Below are positions 29,011 through 42,749 of a stretch of DNA of 64,000 nucleotides, in pieces. Both the position numbers and the translations under genes were made by a program. Numbering within the stretch: the stretch's first letter is position 1; every line of letters begins with the position of its first letter. The stretch is taken from NCBI GenBank assembly GCA_030141605.1, contig JAQGDQ010000353.1, forward strand, positions 6,828-70,827, read 5' to 3'. The notes under the pieces were generated by a model. That model did no database searches. It had not been told where the DNA came from and worked only from the letters and a program-made list of their open reading frames with translations. Source of the stretch: Tubiluchus corallicola (taxonomy: Eukaryota > Animalia > Priapulida).

Positions 29011-30070
29011 CTATATTTTTATTATTGTCAAATGGACAAAAAAAATAAACCTTTGGTCACAAAAGCCACTGATAAAGAGGCCTCGGGAAGAACAAATGTT
29101 ATGCAAGTGGTGTAACTAATGCAGATGAGATACACAGAAATAGATTCATATACAATGAAGTACATACATTAGTAGATGAGATACACAGAAATTAGTTACT
29201 ATACAATGAAGTACATACATTAGTACAATGTTACGTACTAATAAGCAAATGGCATAAAATGAACCACACTAATAGCGAATCGACGAGCATCTTTTATACA
29301 TGTTTGAACAAAAACAGACTAAGTTTGTATGTTTGGGAGATATAAGCGGTACATTATCCCTTTACAAAAGTGAAAGCATCTCACTTTGGGTGAATCTTAA
29401 TAAGCCTAATGTCGCAGAAGTACCCCAAAGAGACCTTTGTGACTGTTCTGTATATGGCGGCCATTTTACAGATTCGTCACAGAAAAGACTGAACAAACAA
29501 TCCATTAGCAATATTGGCTTCACTATTAGCACGGCTGGTGCGAATAATATAGAGAGACATCCTAAGATAGCATTCATTCTAATTGCGCCAGTCACTGATC
29601 AATTACTACGCTATGGAGGCTGCTAACTTTCCTCTGTTGCTGTTTGCATAAACTTACTGCAAGCGTTTATATCTTCATTCACTTATGTCAAACAGTATGA
29701 AACGTCAATGTAATTATTACTTCACAAATCTATAATATGTAGACCGACTGTAGTACAACTTGTGGCAGGCATTGATCAGATATATTATGCAGTGCATTTT
29801 AATTGGTGCAGGTTGGTTGAAACTGCTGAATGATATCAAGATCTTTGAAGAGTAAATCGATTGTCATTTCTGACATTCGAAGATTTCTTTTCTGCCAATG
29901 AAAGTAGATTAAAACAATATTCTTCATTTTCATAAATAAAACAATAAATAAATAAATAAAACAACTCTTCATTTTCATAAATAAAGCTTAAAAATTCGTC
30001 TTGAAATTTTATGTCTCTGAAATCTACACGCTGTCTTACTGTAGACAGAGCATGCGTTAAGAGTAACTGG

Positions 30071-30430
<360 letters not shown>

Positions 30431-32909
30431 GGAGGAAGGTTTGTCTCTCTTCTCTGCTTGGTTCGTCACGGCAAAGTATGATAATACATGCACTAACTAT
30501 TCATGCTACAGCGGCAACGATAAAACTTCTGAAAATCTTTTAGTTTTTATGATTATAGGGGTTCCGCGGCACCACTAATGACGAGTAAATTCACGAGTAA
30601 AAAAATCTACAATCAAAACGCCATTTCGCCACGTTTTATTTGATACTCCCGGCTTCGCATCTCAGTGTCTCACTGCAACTGATTGTAACAATTGGATTTT
30701 CTCATCCTAATTTAATATAATCATATCAGCATATCAATATTTTAGTTTAATATGATGCTGTTCTTGCATTTATGGCTACCATGGTCTCCCGGAAAACCAA
30801 ATAGCAGCAGCCTATATGGCTCTACGTACACAAGATATGCGCTGTTGTAACTGATGTTCTGGTCAATAAAGAGTCCCTCTCGTCCTCTGGTGTATGTCTG
30901 TGTACATATGGGAAACCTTTAATGGGCTTTAGCTATGAGACAAATTAGATGAATTGGATGAATTGCATGTAATTACTGAATGTCCATTGTAAGAGAGGAA
31001 TGTTTTGGTTCCTCTCTCATATTTACGTTAACTTTTAATACTGTATATATATTGGACTGCTGTCCGCTTTTAGCGGAGGCAGGACGGATGGCACCACGGC
31101 CCACGCCTTGCGGCATGTCCCAGTTAAGTCCTTCAACGCCAAACCCAAAACAAAACCCGAACAATAGAGTCGAAATGACAATTTATTACTGCATATCACA
31201 CCCCCAATAAGGAACAAACAGCTTACCTAGAAGAACGGAGTTTGCGGCAAAGCCTGTGAAATGTGAACAGAGCTGTAATGAAAGACACGACCACTGACAA
31301 GGGTCTACGGCAGACCTTCCCTTTTGATAAGCTCAGGTGTGCACGTGACTAGTGGCTTTTACTAACACAAGGTCAGAATACGAGTCTGTGCTAGATAAAG
31401 CCACGTTCACACGCACACCTGAGACGTCTACTTTATTCCCCTGCCAGCATTACATTTCATTTCACCACAGCCCCGTAGTACAATATGTTTCCTTATGAAA
31501 AGTTTGCCTTTCTAAATTCGTCCAAGGATGTAGAAGTTATAAAAATCAATGCTAGATTGGTCCAGAAAACCTTTGAATGCAGACCTAACAGCAGGGCTAG
31601 TGCTGGGAAGTTCGGGACCTCTATAATAATTGGGTCCTCTACCCTTCAAAAGCTGAGGATCTGATGTAGTATGCCAGTTTTTGCCAAGAAGTGTTGAGAG
31701 CTTGAGATTCAAGCCACAATGATGTATTAAAATTGAAAACTCATATGAAACTTTGAATGTTTCATTACAATAAAGATAATTACTGGCACACATTTGTGCA
31801 TACATGTTTTAAAAATGGATTTTTCGGGGAGCTTTCAAAATCAGTTCAAACTCAGTGGTTTTTGCGATGTCATTTTCTATAAATAGCATCGCCAAATTAT
31901 TTGGTCTTTCTTGTGAAATTGTTGACCGTAGTTGTTTTAATCTGTATTGAGGGTTTGTGTATCTTGAACAAATTGGTAAAATTAAAATTCAATCACGATC
32001 TAACTGATGCATATAGGACTCGTCAATTGTCTTATTTTAAAAAAGTTTAATGGCGAAGATAAACTGAAATTACAAAATAAATAAAGGAACGATCCGATCG
32101 AGTTTGGCCGGGGGGTGGGGGGTGAAATGGATACAAAACACCAGTTAAACGTGCTGACCAAAAGTTTCTTTATTCTGAAATACAATTATTAACATTTAGT
32201 TTAATTTGCATTGAGTAGAAGAAAATTATTTGCATGATTAAATGTATTGCTATAACTAAGAACTGATATAAAAATTATGTAGACTATATTGAAATTAATT
32301 AATAATAACTTACGTTGTTAGAGCATTTAACAGTTACAAAGACAGGAATGAGAACTCCAAGTAGCCTTAAGAACAACAATGTCACAACAATAAATTCGTA
32401 CGAAATTCACAGTCATAATGCTCATCACAGTCAGAAAAATAGAGCAATGGTGGAGAGAACCAAAAGACGGGTAAAATGTCATACAACTATTACAGCTATA
32501 GCTCACCAAAGGCCAAAATGCTAATGTATTCAAGGATATTAGGTGCTTCAATTTTAAAGAGTGACTACTGTAAAAAGCTAAATGTCTACCAAACAGGTGG
32601 CAGCACCATGGCAGTAATTGAAAACTAAATTAAAACCAAAAAAGGGCCCATGCACCTTCTACAGGGCCAATTTGAATAAATCTGTCTAATTGGCTTAAAC
32701 CTGGTCCTGGTTGACTGAGATAACTCAGAGCGAGCCTGAATTGCTTGATGAATTGCACTAATTGTAGAATAATAACTCTGTGATATAAAGACTGTTTATA
32801 CGTATTTCTGTGCTTGAACCATTATACTATCTTTGATGACTATCTTTGGTTCATCTTTTTGTAATTTGCACTTAAATGAGTTAATTACCGATTTATTCAA
32901 AGTAATGCA

Positions 32910-33210
32910 TCTACATTTGACTTACCTAAGTCACATTTGAGTTACCAAAACACATTCGAAATTCCTATGTCTACATTTGACTTACCTAAGTCACATTTGA
33001 ACTTTCCTGTGTCTACATTTGACTTACCTAAGTCACATTTGAACTTTCCTATGTCTACATTTGACTTACCTAAGTCACATTTGAACTTTCCTGTGTCTAC
33101 ATTTGACTTACCTAAGTAACATTTGACTTACCTAAGTCACATTTGAACTTTCCTGTGTCTACATTTGACTTACCTAAGTCACATTTGAACTTTCCTGTGT
33201 CTACATTTGA
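32910..33210. repeat. 42-bp (21+21) minisatellite within a copy of 26603-26908
   Basis: Unit CTACATTTGACTTACCTAAGTCACATTTGAACTTTCCTGTGT. Confidence 0.9.
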
Positions 33211-33339
33211 CGTGTAAAACCTATATACAAATGTGGTTTCTTTGCATTGTTGTAGTCTGTTGTTTATTGTACACAGTTTTTCTCTTTTGTTTTCTGTTTT
33301 ATTTTTCAATAATCACACTATATACTGGCTTATTGCGTA

Positions 33340-33855
33340 CAGAGCTGGCGGTAGACGTAACGCTGTATAAAAGATGCAGCCTTTTTGAGGGTAAATCGTT
33401 TGGAATAAGTTTAGATAACTTTGCGTGAAGTTTGAAAAAATAATCAGAGCATTCGTAGCACATACCTTACTAAGTAAAATTTTAAATTACTAGATTAGTG
33501 TAGATTAAAAATAAGTTTTTGGTTAGTGAGTGATGCTGATTTTTATGTTCATTTTAAATTATTATTTCTAGTTACATAAATCTTTCCAGCAGATAAGCGA
33601 AACGCTAAGTAATATTGACTTGCATGGAAAGTTTTTTGGGACATAATTTAACATTGTCTTTTCTTCCCTTGATTTACGTGGAGTAGTGACGTCATGTAAT
33701 GGCGCGATCGGAACATTTAGCGAGAGATTTAAAATGAAAACAAACAAAAATTCCTTTTAACGCGAGTAGGATATACGCATAAAATTGCTGTAAAGTAGTA
33801 TAATTTTTAAGGCGATTTTTCTGAAACCTACTTCAAGTACCTCTGTACTTGTCCT
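33340..33855. mobile_element. Kolobok/T2-type MITE family C, partial
   Basis: Aligns with ~23650-24223; ends TTGTCCT|TTAA. Confidence 0.82.
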
Positions 33856-34159
33856 TTAATAGTTTGATTCGCTTTTGTAATAAAAGCTTTGTTAGCCTTC
33901 CACTAATGATACCATTTAGTGAAATTACTGTAAGGGCCTCTCAACATTACATGTACACTAAGTGAAAAAGAATTTTCTGTTATTAGTATATTTTAGCCTT
34001 TTCAGTCTGTGAAGAAGAAAATTGAAAAAGAATAGCTTCTTCTCGTAAAAACTTTCTACCGTTAAAAATTGCTATATTTGTGTTCGATCTCATTTTGCTG
34101 AAAAATCCTTGAAATGACAGGCACCAATGTACTTGCAAAAGGGTTACAAAAGTAGTTTG

Positions 34160-34780
34160 CAGTGACGGTCCTTAGTTAATGCTGCTTTTGAAAATGTTTA
34201 GCCCGTGTTTTAAAACTGTGTAAAACGAAACAAACATAAGCACGTGACAAGTAACAACAAACTGTGTGAGTGACAGAACTTTCTCTACATAGCAGCAGAC
34301 GCTAGTAGTGCAGAGAACAGCGTGTACATCTCAGACCCGTGCACATAGCCGCATGCGCACAACAGCCAAATACCCACTGTGCTGGCCTGTGAAGCAAACC
34401 TTGACGTGCTCTGGTTCCGTACAAGTATAAAGAAAGAACTAAAGAAAAAAGACTTATTGCACAGAATATTATAGATAATACTGAGTGAAAATAGGGCGTG
34501 CTGGAGTTCGACAATACCTATACACAGGGCCTATTTCAGCCTAAGCGAGGCCCGGGGAAGTGGGGCGTGTGAGGCCTCTTCGGGGGGAGGGGGCAGTTCA
34601 AGATTTTTGAACTGCTAGAACGCTGGAGAAGCATTTTCGAAGAGAAAATATGGAATTATACAGTATGTTAGCATAAAGCAAAAAAATAATGTTACCACGG
34701 CGCGAGGCTCCCCTGGAGGGTGAGGCCCCGGGGAAGTATCCCCCCTGAAATAGGTCCTGCTTATACACGAGCCGCCACTG
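34160..34780. mobile_element. hAT-type element family H containing a nested MITE
   Basis: CAGTGACGG ... CCGCCACTG ends; 8-bp TSD GTAGTTTG/GTATTTTG. Confidence 0.8.
34525..34759. mobile_element. hAT-type MITE, 235 bp, nested
   Basis: 15-bp TIR CAGGGCCTATTTCAG/CTGAAATAGGTCCTG; 8-bp TSD CCTATACA/CTTATACA; absent from sibling copies. Confidence 0.9.
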
Positions 34781-36037
34781 GTATTTTGTGCACAAGTAAT
34801 GTCAGCCCATCTTGTAAATATAGGAAAACGTTTCTGTTTTGAAAAAAACCAGTGCAGTTTTGAAAAAAATCCGTGACCTCTTAACACTTTTTTACATTCT
34901 GCCCACGTAGACTTGAAATTTGAAGAATTATGTGCAAATTTAGAACCAGTCTAAAACCACGTTCCTCCGTTTACACAATGATTTTATATACCTAGGAAAA
35001 TATGGTTCTTAATAAACAATAAAGGTTTGCAAGTTTAGAGGAAATTAAAATACGACGTTAATTATCCCTTCATTTTCTAGACATGGCGGTTTTTTGAGAA
35101 ACTCAAAACTAAAAATTACTGCAGTGTAAAATAAAAGTTTCCCGGAATTAAAGGAAAGGTCAAGCCTTTTGTGAAGTTAAACGAAATGAAGTTATTTGAA
35201 TGTTCGCGAAAATTTTTAGTAGGATTTAGTAATAAAAGTGCGATAAGCGTCTCGTGTTATAAGTTAAATCATTTTAAAGTTGTGATCATTTCACGCTTGG
35301 GCGTCTCATTTTGAAAGTCTATTCTTCCACCAATGACGTCATTCTTCCAGCAATGACGTCATTCGTCGACCGAAGAAAAGAAGTAAATTTTGCCGAAAAC
35401 TATAATAGGTATTTGCAAAAGTTAAGATAGCTTTGTGATATTTTTACGTGAACATTTCCACCAGTTACATCATTATTTGCAAGTCAATGGCAGCAACCAC
35501 CGCGCTTGGGAATTCCTATACAGTGGTGACTTCTTGTCTTTTCCTTTAAATTCACAGTGCCTCCATTTTGCAAGTATTTGTCGCGAACTTGTGAATCGGC
35601 ACAATGCTTTTTGGCACCCTGTCACGAACTTGTAAAAGTTCAAGTTTTTTGTTTGCTCTTAAAGTCTGGGAGGTTCTTAGCTATCAGACTGAAGGTTTTT
35701 TGTATCTAAAGGAAGTTCACGAAAAGCATATTATTAGTATTTTGTCGATATTCACTGTAGTTCCTTAACTAGAGATAAATAAAAGCAAAGAACGAATGAT
35801 TAAAACATCATGATGCAATTACTTTTTTACAACAATTGTACAATGTTAGACGGCATGTTGAAATACAATAATAGATGTGTTAGGCATCATATTGAGTTAC
35901 AGTCATAAATGTTAGTACTAATTTGTCTATTTATCTATGCACAGTTTTGTACTAAATAAGTACTCTCAAAAACATGTTAGAAATTGTTATATCACTGGGA
36001 AAAAACCTGTTCCATCCTTTTCACGCGCCAGACAGGT

Positions 36038-36500
36038 TTTTCCCAAGGATCTACTTCCTGCCTACCCATTTTTCCAAGGATCTACTTTCTGTCTACCCAT
36101 TTTCCCAAGGATCTACTTTCTGTCTACCCATTTTCCCAAGGATCTACTTCCTGCCTACCCATTTTCCCAAGGATCTACTTTCTGCCTACCCATTTTCCCA
36201 AGGATCTACTTCCTGCTTACCCATTTTCCCAAGGATCTACTTCCTGCCTACCCATTTTCCCAAGGATCTACTTCCTGCCTACCCATTTTCCCCAAGGATC
36301 TACTTCCTGCTTACCCATTTTCCCAAGGATCTACTTCCTGCCTACCCATTTTCCCAAGGATCTACTTCCTGCCTACCCATTTTCCCAAGGATCTACTTCC
36401 TGCCTACCCATTTTCCCAAGGATCTACTTCCTGCCTACCTATTTTCCCAAGAATCTACTTCCTGCCTACCCATTTTCCCAAGGATCTACTTCCTGCCTAC
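36038..36500. repeat. 31-bp minisatellite, about 15 copies
   Basis: Unit TTTTCCCAAGGATCTACTTCCTGCCTACCCA. Confidence 0.96.
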
Positions 36501-37274
36501 ACTCTTATACTACCATATGCATTTAGATAATTACGTAATTAATGAAGAGATAACAGTAGTGATTCACTTGGCTTTAAAGTTATTCATTACAATTAAGCTA
36601 CAGAAGTTTACGTTTCTACTATACATGGAATACTTCTTAACTAGCTTTAAGTAAAATAATATATAACTGTCCAATCGGAAAGATGCTTTCCACAGTATTA
36701 CTTATTCACAACAGGGTACGCAACCCATTGTTGGCACTTACGGGTTAAGTTGTTCTAATTAATGCTTGCCTATTTTATCAATTTCATAAGATTTTGCCTG
36801 CAGAATTAACCATAAGAAGGATTCAATTCAAATTTGCTGCTTTCTTTGTTTTCCAATCGTCTCGTCGCGAACCGTTTCAGCCTTTTCTAATTAACCAGAA
36901 AAGAAGAGCAAATATGTCGACTTTCCTGGATGTCAAAAGGGGGCAGATGTAAAATTGAAATGTTTTCACGAGTGCCCGCTTCAGGAAATTCAAGTTTCAC
37001 TGCCGGAAAAGCCCTTTCCCAAGCGACGCTCGGAGGTTAGAATGAAGGAAGCAGCAATGACAGTGAATGACTTTTAATGGGCGAAAATCATCGAAAATTG
37101 TCGAACACTCCTGCTAGCTTCCGCCACTAAAACATGTCGACTATTTTTGAAATGTAATTGACAGTAAGAAAATCAGACCGAAATAAACTAAAGAAGATTC
37201 TCACAAAAGAGTCAGTAAGCAGAAACTTTGTCTTTAAAATAGTGAAATAGAAATTGAGGGGCCAGTTGAGCATT

Positions 37275-38030
37275 GTGAAAACGTGGATGAACATAAAGTC
37301 GATGTGAGGGCTGCATTTCTGGTTTCACGGGCCTAAGGCTGTCAACTAATGAAAAGCCTAAAGTCCTTCAATATAATTAAACTGAAATGACATCAACACA
37401 ACTTTCGTCTACCCCCGCCCCTGACTCCATAAAACGATTAAAAATGAAATTTTTTAAAAAAATTATGTAATGCAATACGTGTTATGTTAGTTTTGTAATG
37501 TTAAATGTATAGTGTAAATGTAATGAGTGAAATTTATGTAATGTAAAGCATGTTTCTGTTAATTGTGTCATGTCAAATGTATATATAGTGTAAAATATGT
37601 CATGTAAAATTTAATGTATTTTTGTAATATTGTTTTATAAAAATATTTTAATATGGTGTTTGTAAATATGTTCATTTATTGTATATAATTAGGCCTTAGT
37701 TTTGCACTTTAGTTTTTTTAATATGCACTGGACGTATTTGTCTTGGACAGTGTGGTTATTTTAACATTGCGCTGAGGCTTACTCAATTTTATTATACTGA
37801 GTGAACCATTTTAATGACAAATAAAGAATTAATATATCATATATATATATATAACACCACACGCAAACAATAAAAAGAGACAAACAACTGTAAAGTCGAT
37901 TTGAGGGCTCCATTTCTGGTTTCACGGGCCTAAGGCTGTCAACTAATGAAAAGCCTAAAGTCCTTCAATATAATTAAACTGAAATGACATCAACACCACA
38001 CGTAAACAACAAAAAGAGACAAACAACTGC
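37275..38030. repeat. ~140-bp tandem duplication, first copy interrupted by an AT-rich insert
   Basis: 37275-37399 plus 37853-37889 equals 37890-38030; insert ends in AATAAA and (TA)n. Confidence 0.8.
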
Positions 38031-38263
38031 AAACCTATCAATCTACAATGGCACACGCGTACAAAAATTACCACTGTATTTGTTTGCACTTTAGTTTTTT
38101 CCTCTTTACAAAAAGGGAGGAAAGCAGTTATGGGTGGTGACTGAAAATCCGTGTTTTAAAATTCAACTGCGTGGTTCGCGAGGTGCAAATTTGTGTTTAA
38201 AATAAACTTTGTTAATATCGAAATTCCACTTAGAAAACAAGACCGATAAAGCTAAAACATGCG

Positions 38264-38375
38264 CATATATTATTACATTACGGTATATTATTACATTACG
38301 CATGCGCATAGGTATATTATTACATTACGCATGCGCATAGGTATATTATTACATTACATATTATTACATTACGCA
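38264..38375. repeat. Short tandem repeat ATATTATTACATTAC(GCATGCGCATAGGT)
   Basis: Direct observation, about 5 variable units. Confidence 0.85.
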
Positions 38376-38785
38376 AACATTTCGCAAGAAATATCTACAA
38401 GGATTATATGAAAAAGATTGATTACATGATAATGGCAATGCGAGAAACGCATTTTTTACGTTTAAATAGAAAGAAAAATAGAGCAAAAATGCTACGTAAG
38501 AGCCATTGGCTACGTTACGTTAATGACTATGTCAAAATGAGCATGAGTGAAACAGTTTGCATAAATACTACAAAATACAAATATAATGACTACATACCGA
38601 TAATTGGCTACGGATTATTCTCGATAAGGAGGAGGTGGAGAGTCATGACGCAATGTTACGTCACTTCAGCTAGTTAGAAAGTTAGAGTTACAAGATTATA
38701 TCTGTATATACGTTGTGAGAAGGAAGCAAGTGATTACACGGCTAATTGGGTACAAAACTAGTTTACAAACGTTAGGAAAGATACT

Positions 38786-39147
38786 TGAACATGATCATGA
38801 ACTGCGGTGTTAGTTTCTGATGTACAGCCCATTTTCGTAGCAGTAACGGTTAGTTTCTGACGTCATATGAGGTAGTGCACCTTTTCGTAACATCACCTGT
38901 TTAAGCAGTAACACTTATGCAAACGTGCTTGACGCGCAAGGGAAATGTTATTGTGCTATTATTGTCCTGTTATTGCACAAACTGTGGTTAGTTTGTGACG
39001 TAAGGAATAGGTTGCCGTTAATTAACTTTCTAAGCTAATTATTTATATATAAGAAACAATTGCTAACTTTTATAGGCAAGAAAACGTATATTTTGGACAG
39101 TAAATTAAAATGAGATTGAGTCTAAACAATCGTCCGGTTTTCCCTGA
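38786..39147. mobile_element. Kolobok/T2-type MITE family B, partial
   Basis: Aligns with 23240-23551. Confidence 0.82.
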
Positions 39148-39283
39148 ACGTATTTTTTGTTTTTTGTCATTAATTAAGTCTTCTACTACGCTCATAGCAC
39201 TGCAATGCATTGTTAATATGTAATCGTATGACTTGTATTTTGCTGTTTTGTGCTAAATGTATGAGCAAATAAATCTAATATAT

Positions 39284-39690
39284 TGTAACGGATCCGGGGT
39301 TCCAGCGCTGATCCGTCTGAGGATGTATAGAGCGGAAATTTCGGATCCCACTTCTGACACCAGTGTAACGGGTCCGGGTTCCAGCGCGGATCCGGCTGTA
39401 TAGAGTGGCATACAAGTTATGAAATACTTTACAGCAGACGAGAAAAGTAAAAAGAATACGGATGTAAAATAAACTTTAATGTACAATCAGTAGCTCCATG
39501 ACATGTGAACAAACTTTTGTATAAAAATTAGCAAACCTACAGCATTCACCTTTACAGACAGAAAGGCCAGGTTGAAATCGTCAAATTACGGCATGCATTC
39601 TGTTTTATACAGGTACATTTGCATTACTGGGCTTCTCGAGCATATCCATTACTAACATTAGGGGGTTGGTCATAATCTGCCTTCGTAACA
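39284..39690 (-). mobile_element. Internally deleted Gypsy-type LTR element (LTR + PBS + LTR tip)
   Basis: LTR 39364-39690 (TGTTACG...CGTTACA on minus); PBS TGGTGTCAGAAGTGGGAT at 39345-39362; second LTR end 39284-39335; 4-bp TSD ATAT. Confidence 0.85.
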
Positions 39691-39902
39691 ATATTTTATG
39701 CTAATTATTCGTAGAACACAAAAAACATGATAAGCATTATGATGTAAATTAGTTCACGCTGTACATAGTAAGGGAAAAAACGTTTGTTAACTTGTTAAAG
39801 CAAATTAAAAATAATAATAATAAACATAGTACTACTGGGTAACAGAATACGCTCAGTGTGAATGAACGTAGATAGTCCATATTTGTAATTTACTAATGAT
39901 TT

Positions 39903-39958
39903 AATATATATATACATTATAATGTAATGTATATATATATATATATTAAGTCATTAGT

Positions 39959-40033
<75 letters not shown>
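39903..40033. repeat. (TA)n microsatellite
   Basis: Direct observation. Confidence 0.95.
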
Positions 40034-40040
<7 letters not shown>

Positions 40041-40492
40041 CTGCATACGGCGAAATTAATAAGCTGGTGTGTTACTGCTGGTGTTAATGAGACGCCTGCA
40101 CGCCTGTATCTGTCACAAATGATTACCTGTCATCTGTATCACCTCCAATAATGAGTTATAATCAGAGGCAGATATTTCTTACGTTTCCTTGTCCAACACC
40201 CCAGAGAGGAAGTTTATCATGACAAATCCTCTCACACGAGCTGTATGTTTTTTGTCGTAATGAAAACGTACATTTTATGACTATGGTGCCACCGTGGATT
40301 TTCAGGCGGCATTAGATGATCACACGCAGCCTGTCATTATTGCATGAAGACTATCATTAGCGAACCTCGCAAAAGCCAGTCAGTTTCCTACCTGCAGATC
40401 AGAGTGTCGTAATGAAGATGCTTTTGGGAGCTTGTAGGTTTATTACACGGCTTATTGGTCAGGCAAAAAGATGCTGGTACATGGGGGAATGG

Positions 40493-41049
40493 NNNNNNNN
40501 NNNNNNNNNNNNNNNNNNNNNNNNNNNNNNNNNNNNNNNNNNNNNNNNNNNNNNNNNNNNNNNNNNNNNNNNNNNNNNNNNNNNNNNNNNNNNNNNNNNN
40601 NNNNNNNNNNNNNNNNNNNNNNNNNNNNNNNNNNNNNNNNNNNNNNNNNNNNNNNNNNNNNNNNNNNNNNNNNNNNNNNNNNNNNNNNNNNNNNNNNNNN
40701 NNNNNNNNNNNNNNNNNNNNNNNNNNNNNNNNNNNNNNNNNNNNNNNNNNNNNNNNNNNNNNNNNNNNNNNNNNNNNNNNNNNNNNNNNNNNNNNNNNNN
40801 NNNNNNNNNNNNNNNNNNNNNNNNNNNNNNNNNNNNNNNNNNNNNNNNNNNNNNNNNNNNNNNNNNNNNNNNNNNNNNNNNNNNNNNNNNNNNNNNNNNN
40901 NNNNNNNNNNNNNNNNNNNNNNNNNNNNNNNNNNNNNNNNNNNNNNNNNNNNNNNNNNNNNNNNNNNNNNNNNNNNNNNNNNNNNNNNNNNNNNNNNNNN
41001 NNNNNNNNNNNNNNNNNNNNNNNNNNNNNNNNNNNNNNNNNNNNNNNNN
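40493..41049. other. Assembly gap (N run)
   Basis: Run of N adjacent to (CTTT)n. Confidence 0.99.
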
Positions 41050-41280
<231 letters not shown>

Positions 41281-41644
41281 CCTGTCGCTTGCTAATTCTC
41301 TGCTACTCTCTTTATCTTTGTGCTTCCCTCTTTTCACCTATGTCTCTTTCTCTCACTCTTTCATCTCTCGTTCCCCATTTCTGCCTTCTTCACTTTCACT
41401 CCTTTGTCTTTCTGTTGTCTTTGTTTGGTTTCAATGTAGCGTGTAGTTCTTTAGCTTTTCTGCTTTTGTTAATTCTTGTCACTCTCTCTAGGTTCCAGAT
41501 TAAACGTCGAGGTTTGTTTTTGTGAATGCAGTGACACGCTGAGAGCAGGTCTAGATGATCAAATGCTGAAAAACTTCCCGACAGAAGAATTCATTAGAAA
41601 AAGATATTTAGTCGAATATTTTTCATTTTTTGCGATAATTTCAT

Positions 41645-41863
41645 CATATATATATATATATATATATATACAATACATATATATATTATATTATATATAT
41701 TATTATATTATATTATACATATATAGATATATACATATACAATATATATTTTTTTTTCATGAACTTATCGCAAAAAATGAAAAAAAAAATATTGTATATG
41801 TATACGTATATATCTATATATGTATAATATAATATAATAATATATATAATATAATATATATGT

Positions 41864-41899
<36 letters not shown>

Positions 41900-42086
41900 G
41901 TACAGTATATGTATATATCTATATATATATAATATATATATATATATGCAATACGTATAATATACATTATATATATATATATATATATATATACATGATT
42001 ACAGAAATAAAGATTATATATAAATATATATTAGTATATATTAGGTATATATAGTATATATTAATTTATATATATATATATATATA
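41645..42086. repeat. Degenerate (TA)n tract
   Basis: Direct observation; short inverted repeat at 41616-41645 / 41758-41791. Confidence 0.9.
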
Positions 42087-42500
42087 ATAATCTTTATTTG
42101 CCATTAAAATACATTGATAATCACTGAAAAAAGGCTTTACAGTGATGATCAATCAGCGTTAGTTAATAAACATTTACACTGCTAAAGGCAAATGAGTCAG
42201 TGCGATATAAACTACTGTGTAGTAACCCGAAAAAATAGAAACGAAATTTAATGACGACTAAAAATAAAACGTATTTACAATTGTTTAAAAAAATTCAAAA
42301 ATTGATTTATTTAATTAATATGGCCGTGGATATAGAATTTTGAATTAGTGTGTGTGTTGTCGTACTGATGTGCTGGTATTTCATATCTGGTTAATATTAA
42401 TGATTTTAGCTTTTTTTAAATGCTAATTGGACCCTGATTTGTTCAACCGGTATTGTTACGAATTCCAAAGTAGAATTGCTTGCTTGATTATAGGCTTAGT
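42068..42500 (-). mobile_element. L2/CR1-like LINE 3' end, copy 2
   Basis: Aligns with 20380-20720; minus-strand LLWNS...AFKK and KSLILTRYEIP. Confidence 0.7.
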
Positions 42501-42749
42501 TCCCTAGTGGATCTTGCTGGTCCATTCTTGAAGCTTTTGCGAGGAATTGCTATTTGGGGACTTTTGCAAAAAAGGGTTTTTGTCCAGAAATGCTTTTCGA
42601 TGCTTATTCCAAATAGATGTTTTCAATTTCAAATTTTTGCCCTGATTTTAATGAAATAATAATATAGCTGCTGATGAACAGCACAAAAGACGATATGATT
42701 TGAGTTTATTTTAAACAATAACAGATAGTGAAATGACTCCATACAAAAA

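Noticed and set aside
29300-29626. 108-aa and 77-aa overlapping ORFs
   Set aside because: No recognisable motif or splice context; possibly decayed retroelement sequence
31592-32709. hAT-like element with CAGGGC...GTCCTG ends
   Set aside because: Flanks CCTAACAG and GTTGACTG do not form a TSD and the TIR match is weak
35937-36654. Three-frame repetitive ORFs (also 16225-16725, 42706-44250)
   Set aside because: Minisatellite units lacking stops; the same peptide cycles through all frames
39341-39362. tRNA-Leu gene
   Set aside because: Only the 3' ~20 nt including CCA are present, adjacent to an LTR end; it is a primer-binding site
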